Part shown: piece by piece, positions 49,703 through 59,603 of the stretch
Layout of the letters: each line of letters opens with the position of its first letter
Numbering within the stretch: position 1 is the stretch's first letter
DNA from: Planctomycetota bacterium
GTDB taxonomy: Bacteria > Planctomycetota > UBA11346
Assembly: GCA_016745075.1 (NCBI GenBank)
Contig: JADGDD010000002.1
Coordinates: 2,034-66,033, forward strand
DNA length: 64,000 bases
Direction: 5' to 3'
Notes under the pieces: generated by a model
What the model saw: only the letters and a program-made list of their open reading frames with translations
Told to the model about the DNA's origin: nothing
Databases searched by the model: none
Program-made: the position numbers and the translations under genes

Positions 49703-50707
49703 TTAACCCAGCCACTTGTCACAAAAAGCTCGTGCCTGTATTTCATCTTGGGTACCTTGGATAATAACACGACCATCTCGGAAACAGGTCGCGGTTAAGT
49801 TATTATCGGACCAGCGAACCAAATATTCGTTACTGGTTACAACATGTGTACCAAGTTGTTGAGTCAGTGCATCTAAATGGGCAATTTTGTGTCGTTGTAA
49901 TTGCAGACCCCCGCGTCCACACAGTACAATATTATCATGAGCCGTGTGTTGCAAATATGGGCGAGTAGCAGCCGTACCACAACTTAAACAGTCAGGATTC
50001 ATCCATTTGCTCATGTTGTGTTGGCTTATGCTGTGTTCCCAAATATCAGCAGAACTATAGAGTGGTTCCATCGTACCAGTAGTGAAAAACTTCAGCGCCC
50101 AACTTACTTGCCATAATGCCGCTTGATGAACAGCAGGCGCAATAATACCAGAACTATCACAGGTGGGGTTATCTCCAGGGCCAGGTAATTCGTCTTGTAA
50201 GCAAGCGAGGCAGGGGGTTTGTTCCGGAAGCATTGGTAAACAACACGCAAAACTGCCAACGCAGGCAGCATAAATCCACGGTGTTTTTGTGGAGTTGCAC
50301 CAATCATTTAATAAATGTCGTGTCTGAAAATTATCACAGCCATCACACACCAGATCAACGCCTGTGAGCAAGGCATCAATGGTTTGGGCATTACAATCAG
50401 CAATGTGAGGCTCTATCTTGATTCCACTATTGTAGTGAGCCAGTTGTCTTGCAGCAGCGGTGGCCTTCGGATGACAGCGTGCTGCGTCATCTTCTGTATA
50501 GAGGCTTTGTCGTTGCAGGTTAGAATATTCAACAAAGTCACGGTCAATCAAACGAACGGTACCAACGCCCGCCCGAACCAACATCTCTGCGCAGACGCTG
50601 CCCAAAGCACCGCAGCCAAGCACGGCCACAGTTGCTTGCTCAAGCCGTTGTTGTCCGCCTGATCCAATTGGCGTGAAGCGCGTTTGTCTACTGTACCTGT
50701 CATCCAT
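49703..50707 (-). CDS. ThiF/MoeB/HesA-family E1-like adenylyltransferase with about 100-aa C-terminal extension
   Basis: VAVLGCGALGSVCAEMLVRAGVGTVRLIDRDFVEYSNLQRQ Rossmann/adenylation motif. Two CxxC pairs (PCLACL, CLSCG) typical of the Zn site. Confidence 0.8.
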   Translation of the reverse strand: MDDRYSRQTRFTPIGSGGQQRLEQATVAVLGCGALGSVCAEMLVRAGVGTVRLIDRDFVEYSNLQRQSLYTEDDAARCHPKATAAARQLAHYNSGIKIEPHIADCNAQTIDALLTGVDLVCDGCDNFQTRHLLNDWCNSTKTPWIYAACVGSFACCLPMLPEQTPCLACLQDELPGPGDNPTCDSSGIIAPAVHQAALWQVSWALKFFTTGTMEPLYSSADIWEHSISQHNMSKWMNPDCLSCGTAATRPYLQHTAHDNIVLCGRGGLQLQRHKIAHLDALTQQLGTHVVTSNEYLVRWSDNNLTATCFRDGRVIIQGTQDEIQARAFCDKWLG

Positions 50708-50811
50708 AGCTGGTATTCTGATGGTGGCCTCATAATTGCCAGTATGTAAAACCGCTTATTGAAAGTTTTGTAGTTGGTCTAGTCTTGAGACAGCATAAGG
50801 GAACTCATAAT

Positions 50812-51765
50812 ATGGATATCACAGCAGACCAAGAACTTGATTGTTATAGCGCGCCAAGTGGCATTAATCCGAAGGCGATCATTGCCATACCGCTGATAGC
50901 AATTATTTCTTTAATTGGGGCATTCATTTACTCTTTTGCAGTGGTGTACATTCCCATTGTGGGTTTTGTTAATGTAGCCGCAATGTTCTTCTACGCCATG
51001 CTCATGGGGAAAACCTGTACGGTTATGGCGAAAGTATTCAAAGATAGAAGTTTATTGAGTTTATTTGTTGTCGGCGGAATGAGTGGCCTACTTGCTCTGT
51101 ATTTTGTGTGGGCAACATTTGTATTTGCTTTTGGTATGCAAAATGATGTGCCGTTTGATTTTGTAGGGCTGCTATTGGCTCCAGCAGATCTTTGGGAAGT
51201 GATATGTGCTATTGGTGAGGATGGTTGGTATAGTGTCGGTGGCGGCACTCCAAGTGGTTTTGTATTGTGGGCATTTTGGATTGCAGAGGCCTTGGTTATT
51301 GTTTTTGCTCCCATTTTATTGTCTGTCGGAAACATCGTAGATAAAGTCTTATGTGTGCCATGTAACAACTGGGCAGAAGAAGATGACGGTCTTGTGATGT
51401 TTGCTCCGCCAGCAGATGAAGCAGTTGTGGAGGCACTCTTAAATCAAGACCGCTCATGCTTAGATCATATGTATGCAGCAGATGGAAGAGATGGGGTCTA
51501 TTTTCGTTTAGACGCACGCCACTGTAGTCAGTGTCAAGACTTGTACACGATGAGCCTTCAACTGACAACAATTACCATCGACAAAGATGGTAAGCCAGAC
51601 ACAAAAGACGAATCAATTGTAGAACACCAACTGATTAGTGAATCTTTCTTTAATGAATTGAAAAATTATACACTACCAGAACGCCCAGAAATAGAGAGAG
51701 AAGAGCAACAGGAAGAACACCTTGAGGAAGATAATGCTCACTTTCATGAGAATGAAGAAGATTAA
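50812..51765 (+). CDS. Hypothetical polytopic membrane protein with Cys-containing, acidic C-terminal domain
   Basis: At least 4 hydrophobic helices. CVPCN…CSQCQ. Ends EEQQEEHLEEDNAHFHENEED. Confidence 0.5.
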   Translation: MDITADQELDCYSAPSGINPKAIIAIPLIAIISLIGAFIYSFAVVYIPIVGFVNVAAMFFYAMLMGKTCTVMAKVFKDRSLLSLFVVGGMSGLLALYFVWATFVFAFGMQNDVPFDFVGLLLAPADLWEVICAIGEDGWYSVGGGTPSGFVLWAFWIAEALVIVFAPILLSVGNIVDKVLCVPCNNWAEEDDGLVMFAPPADEAVVEALLNQDRSCLDHMYAADGRDGVYFRLDARHCSQCQDLYTMSLQLTTITIDKDGKPDTKDESIVEHQLISESFFNELKNYTLPERPEIEREEQQEEHLEEDNAHFHENEED

Positions 51766-51891
51766 ACCGAGCTGTTTCCTTAAATATATTCCTGCAAATG
51801 TGCTTTGTGCCCATCCCCCTCTTCTTTCTTTTATTTTGAGGGGTCGTTGCATTTGAAGAGCAAAGTACATCATTCTAGCCGGAGTACATAC

Positions 51892-53175
51892 ATGAAATTT
51901 TCGGCTTTTGGTGAGCGGCTCACAGGTCAGTCTGGTATTGTTGAGTTGATGGATGATCTGGGTAATGCTCTTGCTGCAGCCGAAACGGGAGACGCGGATA
52001 AAGAACCAGTGCATATGCTTGGTGGTGGAAACCCAGCCTGTATTCCAGAAGTTGCATCAGTGATCCGTGAATCAATGACAGATATCCTTGCCGATTCTGA
52101 TCGATTTGATCAAATGGTGAATATTTATGACCCACCGCAGGGGGACCCACAGTTTTGTGCAGCAATAGCAGCTTTGTTGAACAAACAATTTGGCTGGCCG
52201 ATAAGTGCAAAAAATATTGCGCTCACATCAGGTAGCCAGAGTTCGTTTTTTTTATTGTTTAATATGTTGGCAGGAACGATGGCGGATGGTAGCCAGAGAA
52301 AAATTGTATTACCATTGTGCCCAGAATATATTGGCTATGCAGACCTTGGTTTATCAGATGATTTTTTCACTAGCACCAAACCATTGATACAGGAAGTCGA
52401 TGATCACGTCTTTAAGTATGCTGTAGATTTTGATCATCTTATTATTGATGAAAGTGCTGCCGCTATTTGTGCATCACGACCAACCAACCCTACAGGCAAT
52501 GTTATAACAGATGAAGAAGTTGCTCATCTGAGCCTATTGGCTAAAGAACATGATATACCGTTTATTATTGATGGAGCTTATGGTTTACCGTTCCCTGGTA
52601 TTATTTTCACAGAAGCAGAGCCGCATTGGGAAGAACATGTGGTTGTGACACTGAGCTTATCGAAGCTTGGTTTGCCCGGTGTTCGTACTGGGATTGTTGT
52701 TGCGAATGAACAGATTATTCAGGCTCTGTCTCAAGCCAATACGATTATGTCTCTCGCTCCTAATAGCATTGGCCCAGTGCTTACACAAAAAATGGTTGAA
52801 AGCGGAGACATTTTATCCGTGGCCAGAGAAACTGTTTTACCATGGTATCGCAACAAATGTCAGCGTGCGCAGGATTTATGTTTCCAATATCTGAAAGATA
52901 TTCCGTGGGCCATGCATAAACCGGAAGGTGCATTGTTTCTTTGGTTGACCTTTCCCGGATTACCCATTACCAGTGCAGAATTATACGCGCGCTTGAAAGC
53001 TCGTGGGGTGCTGGTTGTTTCGGGACATTATTTCTTTCACGGCATAGATCCTGAGTGGCAGCATCAACATGAATGTATTCGTCTGACCTATGTGCAAGAT
53101 GACAAACATGTAGAAGCTGGCATTCATATATTAGCAGAAGAATTGCGGGCTTTGTTTTGTAGAGGCCGGGAATGA
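51892..53175 (+). CDS. avtA: Valine–pyruvate aminotransferase-like PLP enzyme (class I/II aminotransferase)
   Basis: N-terminus MKFSAFGERLTGQSGIVELMDDLGNA…GGGNPACIPEV…LTSGSQSSFFLLFNMLAG is collinear with E. coli AvtA (MTFSLFGDKFTRHSGITLLMEDL…GGGNPAQIPEM…LTNGSQSAFFYLFNLFAG). Confidence 0.75.
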   Translation: MKFSAFGERLTGQSGIVELMDDLGNALAAAETGDADKEPVHMLGGGNPACIPEVASVIRESMTDILADSDRFDQMVNIYDPPQGDPQFCAAIAALLNKQFGWPISAKNIALTSGSQSSFFLLFNMLAGTMADGSQRKIVLPLCPEYIGYADLGLSDDFFTSTKPLIQEVDDHVFKYAVDFDHLIIDESAAAICASRPTNPTGNVITDEEVAHLSLLAKEHDIPFIIDGAYGLPFPGIIFTEAEPHWEEHVVVTLSLSKLGLPGVRTGIVVANEQIIQALSQANTIMSLAPNSIGPVLTQKMVESGDILSVARETVLPWYRNKCQRAQDLCFQYLKDIPWAMHKPEGALFLWLTFPGLPITSAELYARLKARGVLVVSGHYFFHGIDPEWQHQHECIRLTYVQDDKHVEAGIHILAEELRALFCRGRE

Positions 53176-53221
53176 CTGCGCCAACAATGGTGATAAGTGA
53201 AGGCGCAGTTTATAGCAAATT

Positions 53222-53776
53222 TTAATATTCTAGTTCTCTATCATCGTCATTTAAAGCCTCTGCTATTTTGTTCTGAATAGCTTTCTCTCGGTTTTGTTGG
53301 AGTGTAGTAACATGCGCTTCCAATTCAGCTAGCTCTTTGCGGAGAAAAATAATTTCTTCTTCACGTGAAGCCAAAACAAGCTCATAGAGCTCTGTTGCTA
53401 GGCGTTTTGCTTCTGTGCTCCGTTTGTTTTTATTGGGTACGAGCAGAGAGAGGCTATCTAAGCGAAGCCGCAATTCAAATTCATGCAGTTGTGCTTGAAT
53501 GAAACGCGCATCATCGGCTTCATCCTGAGGCTCTTGTTCATCGTTTTCATCATCATAGAAAGAGATAAAATCATAGATTTCCTCTGATAAATCCATTAGA
53601 ACATCTTCGTAAAACTCTTTATCTACTCGTTTGATCTCTGTCAGAATGCTATTTAAAGGTTTGTGATATTGACTAATAAAATCATGAACAGAAGCAGGCG
53701 TATATTCATCGTCCATTTCTACGGCAGAGAGGGTGGTGGTGCATATGCACAGGCATAAAAAATATTTCAGAAACAT
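53222..53776 (-). CDS. Secreted coiled-coil protein, last gene of the ECF sigma/anti-sigma operon
   Basis: Signal peptide. Acidic and coiled-coil-prone sequence. 184 aa. Confidence 0.5.
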   Translation of the reverse strand: MFLKYFLCLCICTTTLSAVEMDDEYTPASVHDFISQYHKPLNSILTEIKRVDKEFYEDVLMDLSEEIYDFISFYDDENDEQEPQDEADDARFIQAQLHEFELRLRLDSLSLLVPNKNKRSTEAKRLATELYELVLASREEEIIFLRKELAELEAHVTTLQQNREKAIQNKIAEALNDDDRELEY

Positions 53777-53800
53777 GAGAGGCTCCTAAGAGATTGTGAC

Positions 53801-54280
53801 CTAGAGGTCTGGGTTATTGTAATGGTGTAGGCGTATACGTCGTGATAAAGCTGTTGACCGTCTAAGGACTTGTCGTTCACGTGAGTGATAGTGAATAGTC
53901 TCTGCGTGTCGGCGCATATGAGTTGGTGTGCGAGGTGCTAAGCTGATTGCTTCAGAACGAGTTGTTGAAAGTGGTTGGGAGTGCCACATCCAAGTACTGC
54001 CTAGGCAGATAAGGATGGCAGCAGCAGCAAGTACGTATGGCTTCCAAATAGTATAGTGTGTTGACACAAACTGTGGCCGTAAGTCTTGCACCCGCTTGTG
54101 AATCTGCTGCGGGTTGGTGTGTACCGTATAGGGTGGTAGAGACGCTAATACATCTAGATCAGACGCAAATGCTTGGCACTCAGAACAGTTAGCGATATGT
54201 GCGGTCTGTTCGCTATTGAGGCCATCTGCGACTATGGCCAATTGGACATCTTCACAAATCATGATGATCCTCCATTTCAT
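53801..54280 (-). CDS. zf-HC2 type membrane anti-sigma factor
   Basis: HIANCSECQAFASD (H-x3-C-x2-C) zinc motif. Single TM (VLAAAAILICLGSTWMW). Overlaps the sigma factor stop. Confidence 0.65.
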   Translation of the reverse strand: MKWRIIMICEDVQLAIVADGLNSEQTAHIANCSECQAFASDLDVLASLPPYTVHTNPQQIHKRVQDLRPQFVSTHYTIWKPYVLAAAAILICLGSTWMWHSQPLSTTRSEAISLAPRTPTHMRRHAETIHYHSRERQVLRRSTALSRRIRLHHYNNPDL

Positions 54281-54797
54281 CAGCTAACACGAGACGTAAT
54301 TGTTTTACTGCTAAATGCATACGAGCTAACAGGCGATTAACGGGTTGATTAAGGATTTCGCTCATTTCAGCAAAGCTCAGTTCATGGGTAATGCGTAGAA
54401 GATACACTTCACGTAGTTTTGGAGAGAGGTCACTGACAGCTGCGTCAATTTTTTTTGCTAATTCACTGTGGAGTAGTGGCTCATCTGCCTGCGTGGTACT
54501 GTGTAATGGCTGCTCAGATTCACACTTTTCTAGTGAGAGTGCGTTGCGGGGGTGTCGCCACGCATCATGTACGCAGTTTCTAGCAATACGAAAGAGCCAT
54601 CCGCGTGCAGTGCCCTGTTCAGTATAATGTGGGAGAGCTGTATGTACTTTCAGCCACATATGTTGGAAACAATCCTCTGCATCCATAGCGTGTCCCTTCA
54701 TTAGCGAGATGATAAACCGGTACAGTTCTTCACCGTACTCCGTATAGAGCTTGTCAAAAATGCTATCAGTGGTCTGCACAGAAGGTAAACGATTCAT
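54252..54797 (-). CDS. ECF-type RNA polymerase sigma-70 factor
   Basis: Region 2 (FQHMWLKVHTALPHYTEQGTARGWLFRIARNCVHDAWR) and region 4 (LREVYLLRITHELSFAEMSEILNQPVNRLLARMHLAVKQLR). Start probably MNRLPSV. The ORF track extends it to 54905. Confidence 0.8.
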   Translation of the reverse strand: MNRLPSVQTTDSIFDKLYTEYGEELYRFIISLMKGHAMDAEDCFQHMWLKVHTALPHYTEQGTARGWLFRIARNCVHDAWRHPRNALSLEKCESEQPLHSTTQADEPLLHSELAKKIDAAVSDLSPKLREVYLLRITHELSFAEMSEILNQPVNRLLARMHLAVKQLRLVLADEMEDHHDL

Positions 54798-54928
54798 TTC
54801 AATAGATATTAAGTGATTTTTGTGAGGTGAGTAAAGCGGTACTTGTTTGACACACATCAAATGTGAACTTTTAGAATACAGGTCACGTCTAGTCGTTATT
54901 TGCATGGCGTTAGTAAGGAGAGTAACGC

Positions 54929-56635
54929 ATGGCTGATGAAGAATATTATGACGACGAAGAGCTTGATCAAGAAATGCTCGGCGAAGATGCGGATACGGAA
55001 GATTATCTTGAGGAAGACGACAACACTGAGATGGTGGCTGGTGTCTCTGGTTGGACTATCAGCATTATTGTTCATGGGGTTATTCTTCTCATACTTGGGG
55101 CTATTGTTATCGCCGCGCAGTTGGAAAAAGAAAAGCCACCTATTCGTGTAGCCACTTTGGAAGCTCCTGAAGAAATAGAACAAGAAGAACCAGAAGAGCG
55201 AACGGTTGAAGAAGTAGAGGTTGAAATTGATGCAGAGGAAATCGTCGAAGACCCGATCGTAACAGATTTAGATGTACCGGAAGAAGTCACAGAAACAGAA
55301 GACGAAGAAGTTACTGAAGTGGAAGAGCCCAAAGGGAGAGAAGAGGCTGTTTCAGACGCAGAAGCTGGTGGTGCGGCTGCTTTTATGGCAATAGGCGCAG
55401 GCGGTGGAGCGAAGGGCGCTATGGGTAACCGTAGTGGTGGTGGTCGTAAGCGTGCCGTTGGCCGTAATGGTGGTAGTCGCAGAAGTGAAAGTGCAGTAGA
55501 AGCAGCGCTCCGTTGGTTTAAACGGCATCAAAGTCCAGATGGCAGTTGGGATGTAGACGGTTACCAAGATAATTGCACCGATAATCCAAAATGTGAGCCT
55601 GGCACACAATGGACAGATAAATCAGGAGATGTTGGTTGTTCTGCATATGCGCTTATGTGCTTTCTTGGTGCAGGGTATGATCATAAAACTCCCAGCAAAT
55701 ATAGAACAGTAGTTGATAATGGACTGAAATGGTTGCGAGGAGGTTTGTCTGGACCAAATAAGAAAATGGCAGCAACCGGTGTAACAGGGAAATCATGGGC
55801 AGAAATGAGTAATCGTGGACGTTCGTATGCACACGCTATAGCAACCTATGCTTTGTGCGAGGCTTACGGTATGACGATGGATGCATCAATGCGTAATGAT
55901 GCACAGGCAGTTGTGGATTTCTGTGTGTCATCTCAAAATAAAAATGACGGTGTTGAATATGGTGGATTTGGTTGGGATTATATGCCAAAACATCCTGAAA
56001 GAAATGATTCGTCTGTAACAGGGTGGTATATTATGGCAATAAAGGCTGCTGCTGGGGCAGGACTGAATAATACCTCAGCTTCTATTGAAGCCTCAAAAAT
56101 GTATTTAGATAAAGCATGGAAAGCAGCCAATAAAGATTGGGAGAATTTGGACCCGTATGGAGAATCTGAATTTCCATATGTATATGATGCGGTTGTAGAT
56201 AGTTGTCATGTTGTGACGCAAGGGCAAAAGGCAGGGAAAGCCCGTATCAATATGGCACCTGTCGGAGCGCTCTGTTGTGTTTTTCTTGGGCATGGAGCTG
56301 GTGATACGATGTTTGAAACCTTGCTGAATAGATGCGCCTCTACCTATACCCCACAAGGGTTTCCAACCAATTCATATTTTTTATATTATAATACCTTAGC
56401 CATGTTCCAAGCGGGTGGTGAAAGATGGAAAAAATGGAACGGAACAGTGCGAGATTTGATTGTCACAAATCAACGAAAAAAAGGAAGCGGCTGTTTTGAT
56501 GGTAGCTGGGATGTTGGTTCAGATCATGGTGGAAATCATATCGACGGCACAGGTCGTTTATTATGCACAGCCTATTACTGTTTGTGTTTAGAGGTGTATT
56601 ATCGTTATGCGCGTATGGCTGATCTCAAACATTGA
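54929..56635 (+). CDS. Membrane-anchored protein with acidic N-terminal region and prenyltransferase/squalene-oxidase-repeat (terpenoid cyclase-like) domain
   Basis: TM (ISIIVHGVILLILGAIVIAA). Glu-rich linker. Repeat-like segments AVEAALRWFKRHQSPDGSWDV and SVTGWYIMAIKAAAGAG typical of the prenyltransferase alpha-alpha toroid. Confidence 0.55.
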   Translation: MADEEYYDDEELDQEMLGEDADTEDYLEEDDNTEMVAGVSGWTISIIVHGVILLILGAIVIAAQLEKEKPPIRVATLEAPEEIEQEEPEERTVEEVEVEIDAEEIVEDPIVTDLDVPEEVTETEDEEVTEVEEPKGREEAVSDAEAGGAAAFMAIGAGGGAKGAMGNRSGGGRKRAVGRNGGSRRSESAVEAALRWFKRHQSPDGSWDVDGYQDNCTDNPKCEPGTQWTDKSGDVGCSAYALMCFLGAGYDHKTPSKYRTVVDNGLKWLRGGLSGPNKKMAATGVTGKSWAEMSNRGRSYAHAIATYALCEAYGMTMDASMRNDAQAVVDFCVSSQNKNDGVEYGGFGWDYMPKHPERNDSSVTGWYIMAIKAAAGAGLNNTSASIEASKMYLDKAWKAANKDWENLDPYGESEFPYVYDAVVDSCHVVTQGQKAGKARINMAPVGALCCVFLGHGAGDTMFETLLNRCASTYTPQGFPTNSYFLYYNTLAMFQAGGERWKKWNGTVRDLIVTNQRKKGSGCFDGSWDVGSDHGGNHIDGTGRLLCTAYYCLCLEVYYRYARMADLKH

Positions 56636-56665
56636 TATGTGTTTTCTTCTGGGTTATAATCTTTC

Positions 56666-57205
56666 GTGAGCGATATAGAAGCCGAACACAGACAAATGGT
56701 ACTGCGCCTGCTGGTGCAGCATCGTAATGATTTGTACGCATTTGTGTTAATGTTATGTCGTGATCCGCATATGACTGAAGAGGTCTTGCAAGATGCGTCA
56801 GTCATTATTTGTGAGCAATGGCAAGACTACACAGAGGGCAGCAATTTTATGGCATGGGCACGGACTATTGCCCGAAACCTTGTGCGAACAAAATGGCGTG
56901 AACAAAAACGTGGTCCACAAATATTGGATGATGCAGCCATTGAAGCCCTAGAGGTGGCCTTGATAGAACAGCCAGACGAGCAAGAAACGAAACGTCTACA
57001 AACGTTACATCGTTGTCGGCAACGTCTAACACCGCGTGCTCGTACTATCTTGGAAATGCGATACCAAGGGGCTGCTTCTTGCGAGAAGATTGCAGAAGAA
57101 TTACAGTGCAGCAACAGTGTGGTACGTTCTACTCTGTCACGGGCGCGGCGAGCGCTAGCTTATTGTGTTAAACAATCTTTGTTGGAAGGGCAGGTCAAAG
57201 GATGA
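56666..57205 (+). CDS. ECF-type sigma-70 factor
   Basis: Regions 2 and 4 recognisable (…NLVRTKWREQKRG…, LTPRARTILEMRYQGAASCEKIAEELQCSNSVVRSTLSRARRAL). Translationally coupled to the FecR-like gene. Confidence 0.8.
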   Translation: MSDIEAEHRQMVLRLLVQHRNDLYAFVLMLCRDPHMTEEVLQDASVIICEQWQDYTEGSNFMAWARTIARNLVRTKWREQKRGPQILDDAAIEALEVALIEQPDEQETKRLQTLHRCRQRLTPRARTILEMRYQGAASCEKIAEELQCSNSVVRSTLSRARRALAYCVKQSLLEGQVKG

Positions 57206-58563
57206 ATTTAGATGATTTAATCTCTGCCTACTTCGACAAGAGTCTTAGTGATGAAGAATTTGCTGAGTTGAATACACGAATCATTGAACAGCCAGATTTC
57301 GCAAAACGTTTTTTGGCGACTGCACGTGTACATAGTGATATGTCTCTCTGTACGGGAGAGCTTGCCGAGAGCATCGCTGAGAGTTGCGAAACAAAAGAAA
57401 AAAAACGTAGTCGTATAAAGCAGAAGAATAGCACGCGACAAACATATGGTTCTACCCAGCATCAGGACGTTGTATCACCAACAGACGGCAACCTTTCTGT
57501 CTGTGTGGATATAGCAGTTGATGTTCTCAAGCAAGATGAGCCAATTGTTCATGATTTTCATAGGCGTAAACGATGGTCAGTAGTGGTGGTTGCTGCGCTA
57601 GTGTTTTTATCACTTGTGGCATTTTTTTGGCAGCCGCAACCATCGCTACACATACAGACAGATATTGAAAACCATTTTGTTGGCACAGATGGACTTCCCT
57701 TTGTTGGTGTGTCCTTACAGGCTGGAGACGTGATTACCGGAGATGGGTTGTTGGAATATGAGGATGGAACGACTATCCAAACGACGGGCGGCAGTATTTT
57801 AGAAGTACGAGCACTTGGGCCGCAAAAGAAATTACATCTTGTGCGTGGTCGTATTGATGTTGATGCAGCTAAACAAGATCCAGAATTTCCATTTCATATT
57901 TCTGTGCCGCAGGGAGATACCTACGTTATTGGGACTAAGTTTACCATTGAAGCGAGAGAGTGGCAAACACGGCTCACTGTGCATGAGGGTTGTGTCCGCA
58001 TGTCTAAAGGAGAACAGCGGAAAGATGTGAACGCTGGAGAAACTTGTTTGGCGGATTCATCTGGGTTGAACCATCTCGGAAAACGCTCCGATACAGAAGG
58101 CTTACATGGAGCCATTGCATTTGATGAAAATTTTGAAGGGGCATGGCCGTATCTATGGGGTGGTGCCTATGATGATGCCTATAAACACGGGCGAACCGCA
58201 GTAGAAATGTTGCCGCTGATGCATTCTTCTTTGTATTCCATGCATACTAAAGAAACGGAAACTCCCTTGTTTACCGCCCGGGCTCAGCATCATGTGATTC
58301 ATCTGATTTGTCAACGAAGTCGGCGTGGTGTGGTGAATATTATGATTGGAACGCGGACAAAAGATGGCCAGAGAGAGCAACTGTGGAAGGGGCAATGTAA
58401 GGTAACGGAAAGAAATCAATGGCAGTCATTTAGTTTACCAATTAACAGTTTACTTGAAAAAGGTGACATGCCAGTTGCTATAGATTATGTACAAGTAACG
58501 GCAGAGATAGAACACGGTTCACTGATTGTTGATAGAATTTGGGTAACCGATTCAAGTAAATAA
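57202..58563 (+). CDS. FecR-family anti-sigma factor / sensor with extra C-terminal domain
   Basis: N-terminal anti-sigma helix. TM (WSVVVVAALVFLSLVAFFW). FecR-like beta-rich domain (…LQAGDVITGDGLLEYEDGTTIQTTGGSILEVRALG…VRGRIDVDA). Confidence 0.7.
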   Translation: MNLDDLISAYFDKSLSDEEFAELNTRIIEQPDFAKRFLATARVHSDMSLCTGELAESIAESCETKEKKRSRIKQKNSTRQTYGSTQHQDVVSPTDGNLSVCVDIAVDVLKQDEPIVHDFHRRKRWSVVVVAALVFLSLVAFFWQPQPSLHIQTDIENHFVGTDGLPFVGVSLQAGDVITGDGLLEYEDGTTIQTTGGSILEVRALGPQKKLHLVRGRIDVDAAKQDPEFPFHISVPQGDTYVIGTKFTIEAREWQTRLTVHEGCVRMSKGEQRKDVNAGETCLADSSGLNHLGKRSDTEGLHGAIAFDENFEGAWPYLWGGAYDDAYKHGRTAVEMLPLMHSSLYSMHTKETETPLFTARAQHHVIHLICQRSRRGVVNIMIGTRTKDGQREQLWKGQCKVTERNQWQSFSLPINSLLEKGDMPVAIDYVQVTAEIEHGSLIVDRIWVTDSSK

Positions 58564-58575
58564 TTGAAGAGCCTT

Positions 58576-59496
58576 TTATTTATGCTTGCTGGCGTCTTTC
58601 CCTACTTCGCCCATCTTCAAGCCTCGATAGATACTGGGAGAAATTGTGTAATAACGGCTGAATGCTTTAGAGAAAGTGAATGGGTCGTTAAATCCAATTT
58701 CATCAGCAATTGCTGAAATCGTTGTATCCGTTTGTCTCAGTAGCTCAGCAGCGCGGTTAAGCTTTAATCGTTGTAAATAGGCATAAGGACTATCGCTGCC
58801 ATGTTTTTTAAATATTCTAGTTAAATAGGCACGGTCAATATTACAAGCCTCTGCGATTTCTTGGGCACTGTGGAGGTGGAGGAAATGTTCATCAATATAA
58901 CTACGGCAACGGGCATAGGTTTGCATCGCTCCACTCACTTGTTTAACACCAGCGATCATGCCATGATGGATGGTGCATAATAACACTCGGGCATAGCTGT
59001 TACAAATTTCTTGAGCAAAAGGGCCGCCAGCAGACGCTGCTGTTAAGAGCGTATTAAAAATATTTTCAACAGCAGCGGCATTGTCTATGGAAAAAGTGCC
59101 AGACCAAAATCCACAATGCTGTTGAATCTGAGAAAGCAGGGCTTCACCAAAGCCCTCGATCAGAACAATGTCTAAAGGTTTCTCACCTACGCGAATATCG
59201 CTTTCCCAAAAGGCATGGCTGGAAAGAATAAACCCTGGTTGCAAATGAGATGTCCATTGTTGCGAGGTAATAGTTGCCTGTCCACGCAATACCAACAGAA
59301 TAATATGTCGATTATGTTTGCGTGTTATGGCACTAGAACCTGGACCCCATCGCTCACGTGCTACACGACGAATTGCGAATTGGGCTTGCGGTGGTGGTGC
59401 AAGATAATGCTCATTTTGGCGAATGATATGAGCCGGCCAACAGTTGTTCATATCCTCAGTTTTGCAGACTGATAGTTCAAGGTCAAGGCATTGCAT
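58576..59496 (-). CDS. AraC family transcriptional regulator
   Basis: C-terminal AraC HTH (…IAEACNIDRAYLTRIFKKHGSDSPYAYLQRLKLNRAAELLRQTDTTISAIADEIGFNDPFTFSKAFSRYYTISPSIYR). Confidence 0.8.
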   Translation of the reverse strand: MQCLDLELSVCKTEDMNNCWPAHIIRQNEHYLAPPPQAQFAIRRVARERWGPGSSAITRKHNRHIILLVLRGQATITSQQWTSHLQPGFILSSHAFWESDIRVGEKPLDIVLIEGFGEALLSQIQQHCGFWSGTFSIDNAAAVENIFNTLLTAASAGGPFAQEICNSYARVLLCTIHHGMIAGVKQVSGAMQTYARCRSYIDEHFLHLHSAQEIAEACNIDRAYLTRIFKKHGSDSPYAYLQRLKLNRAAELLRQTDTTISAIADEIGFNDPFTFSKAFSRYYTISPSIYRGLKMGEVGKDASKHK

Positions 59497-59603
59497 GTTT
59501 TAATGGGTCACAAATAGACATACAGAGGTCAAGCTATGCTATATGCAATATTTTACATGCTATATACTGTCTACGCACAACTTAAAAGAACATGGTGGAT
59601 ATT

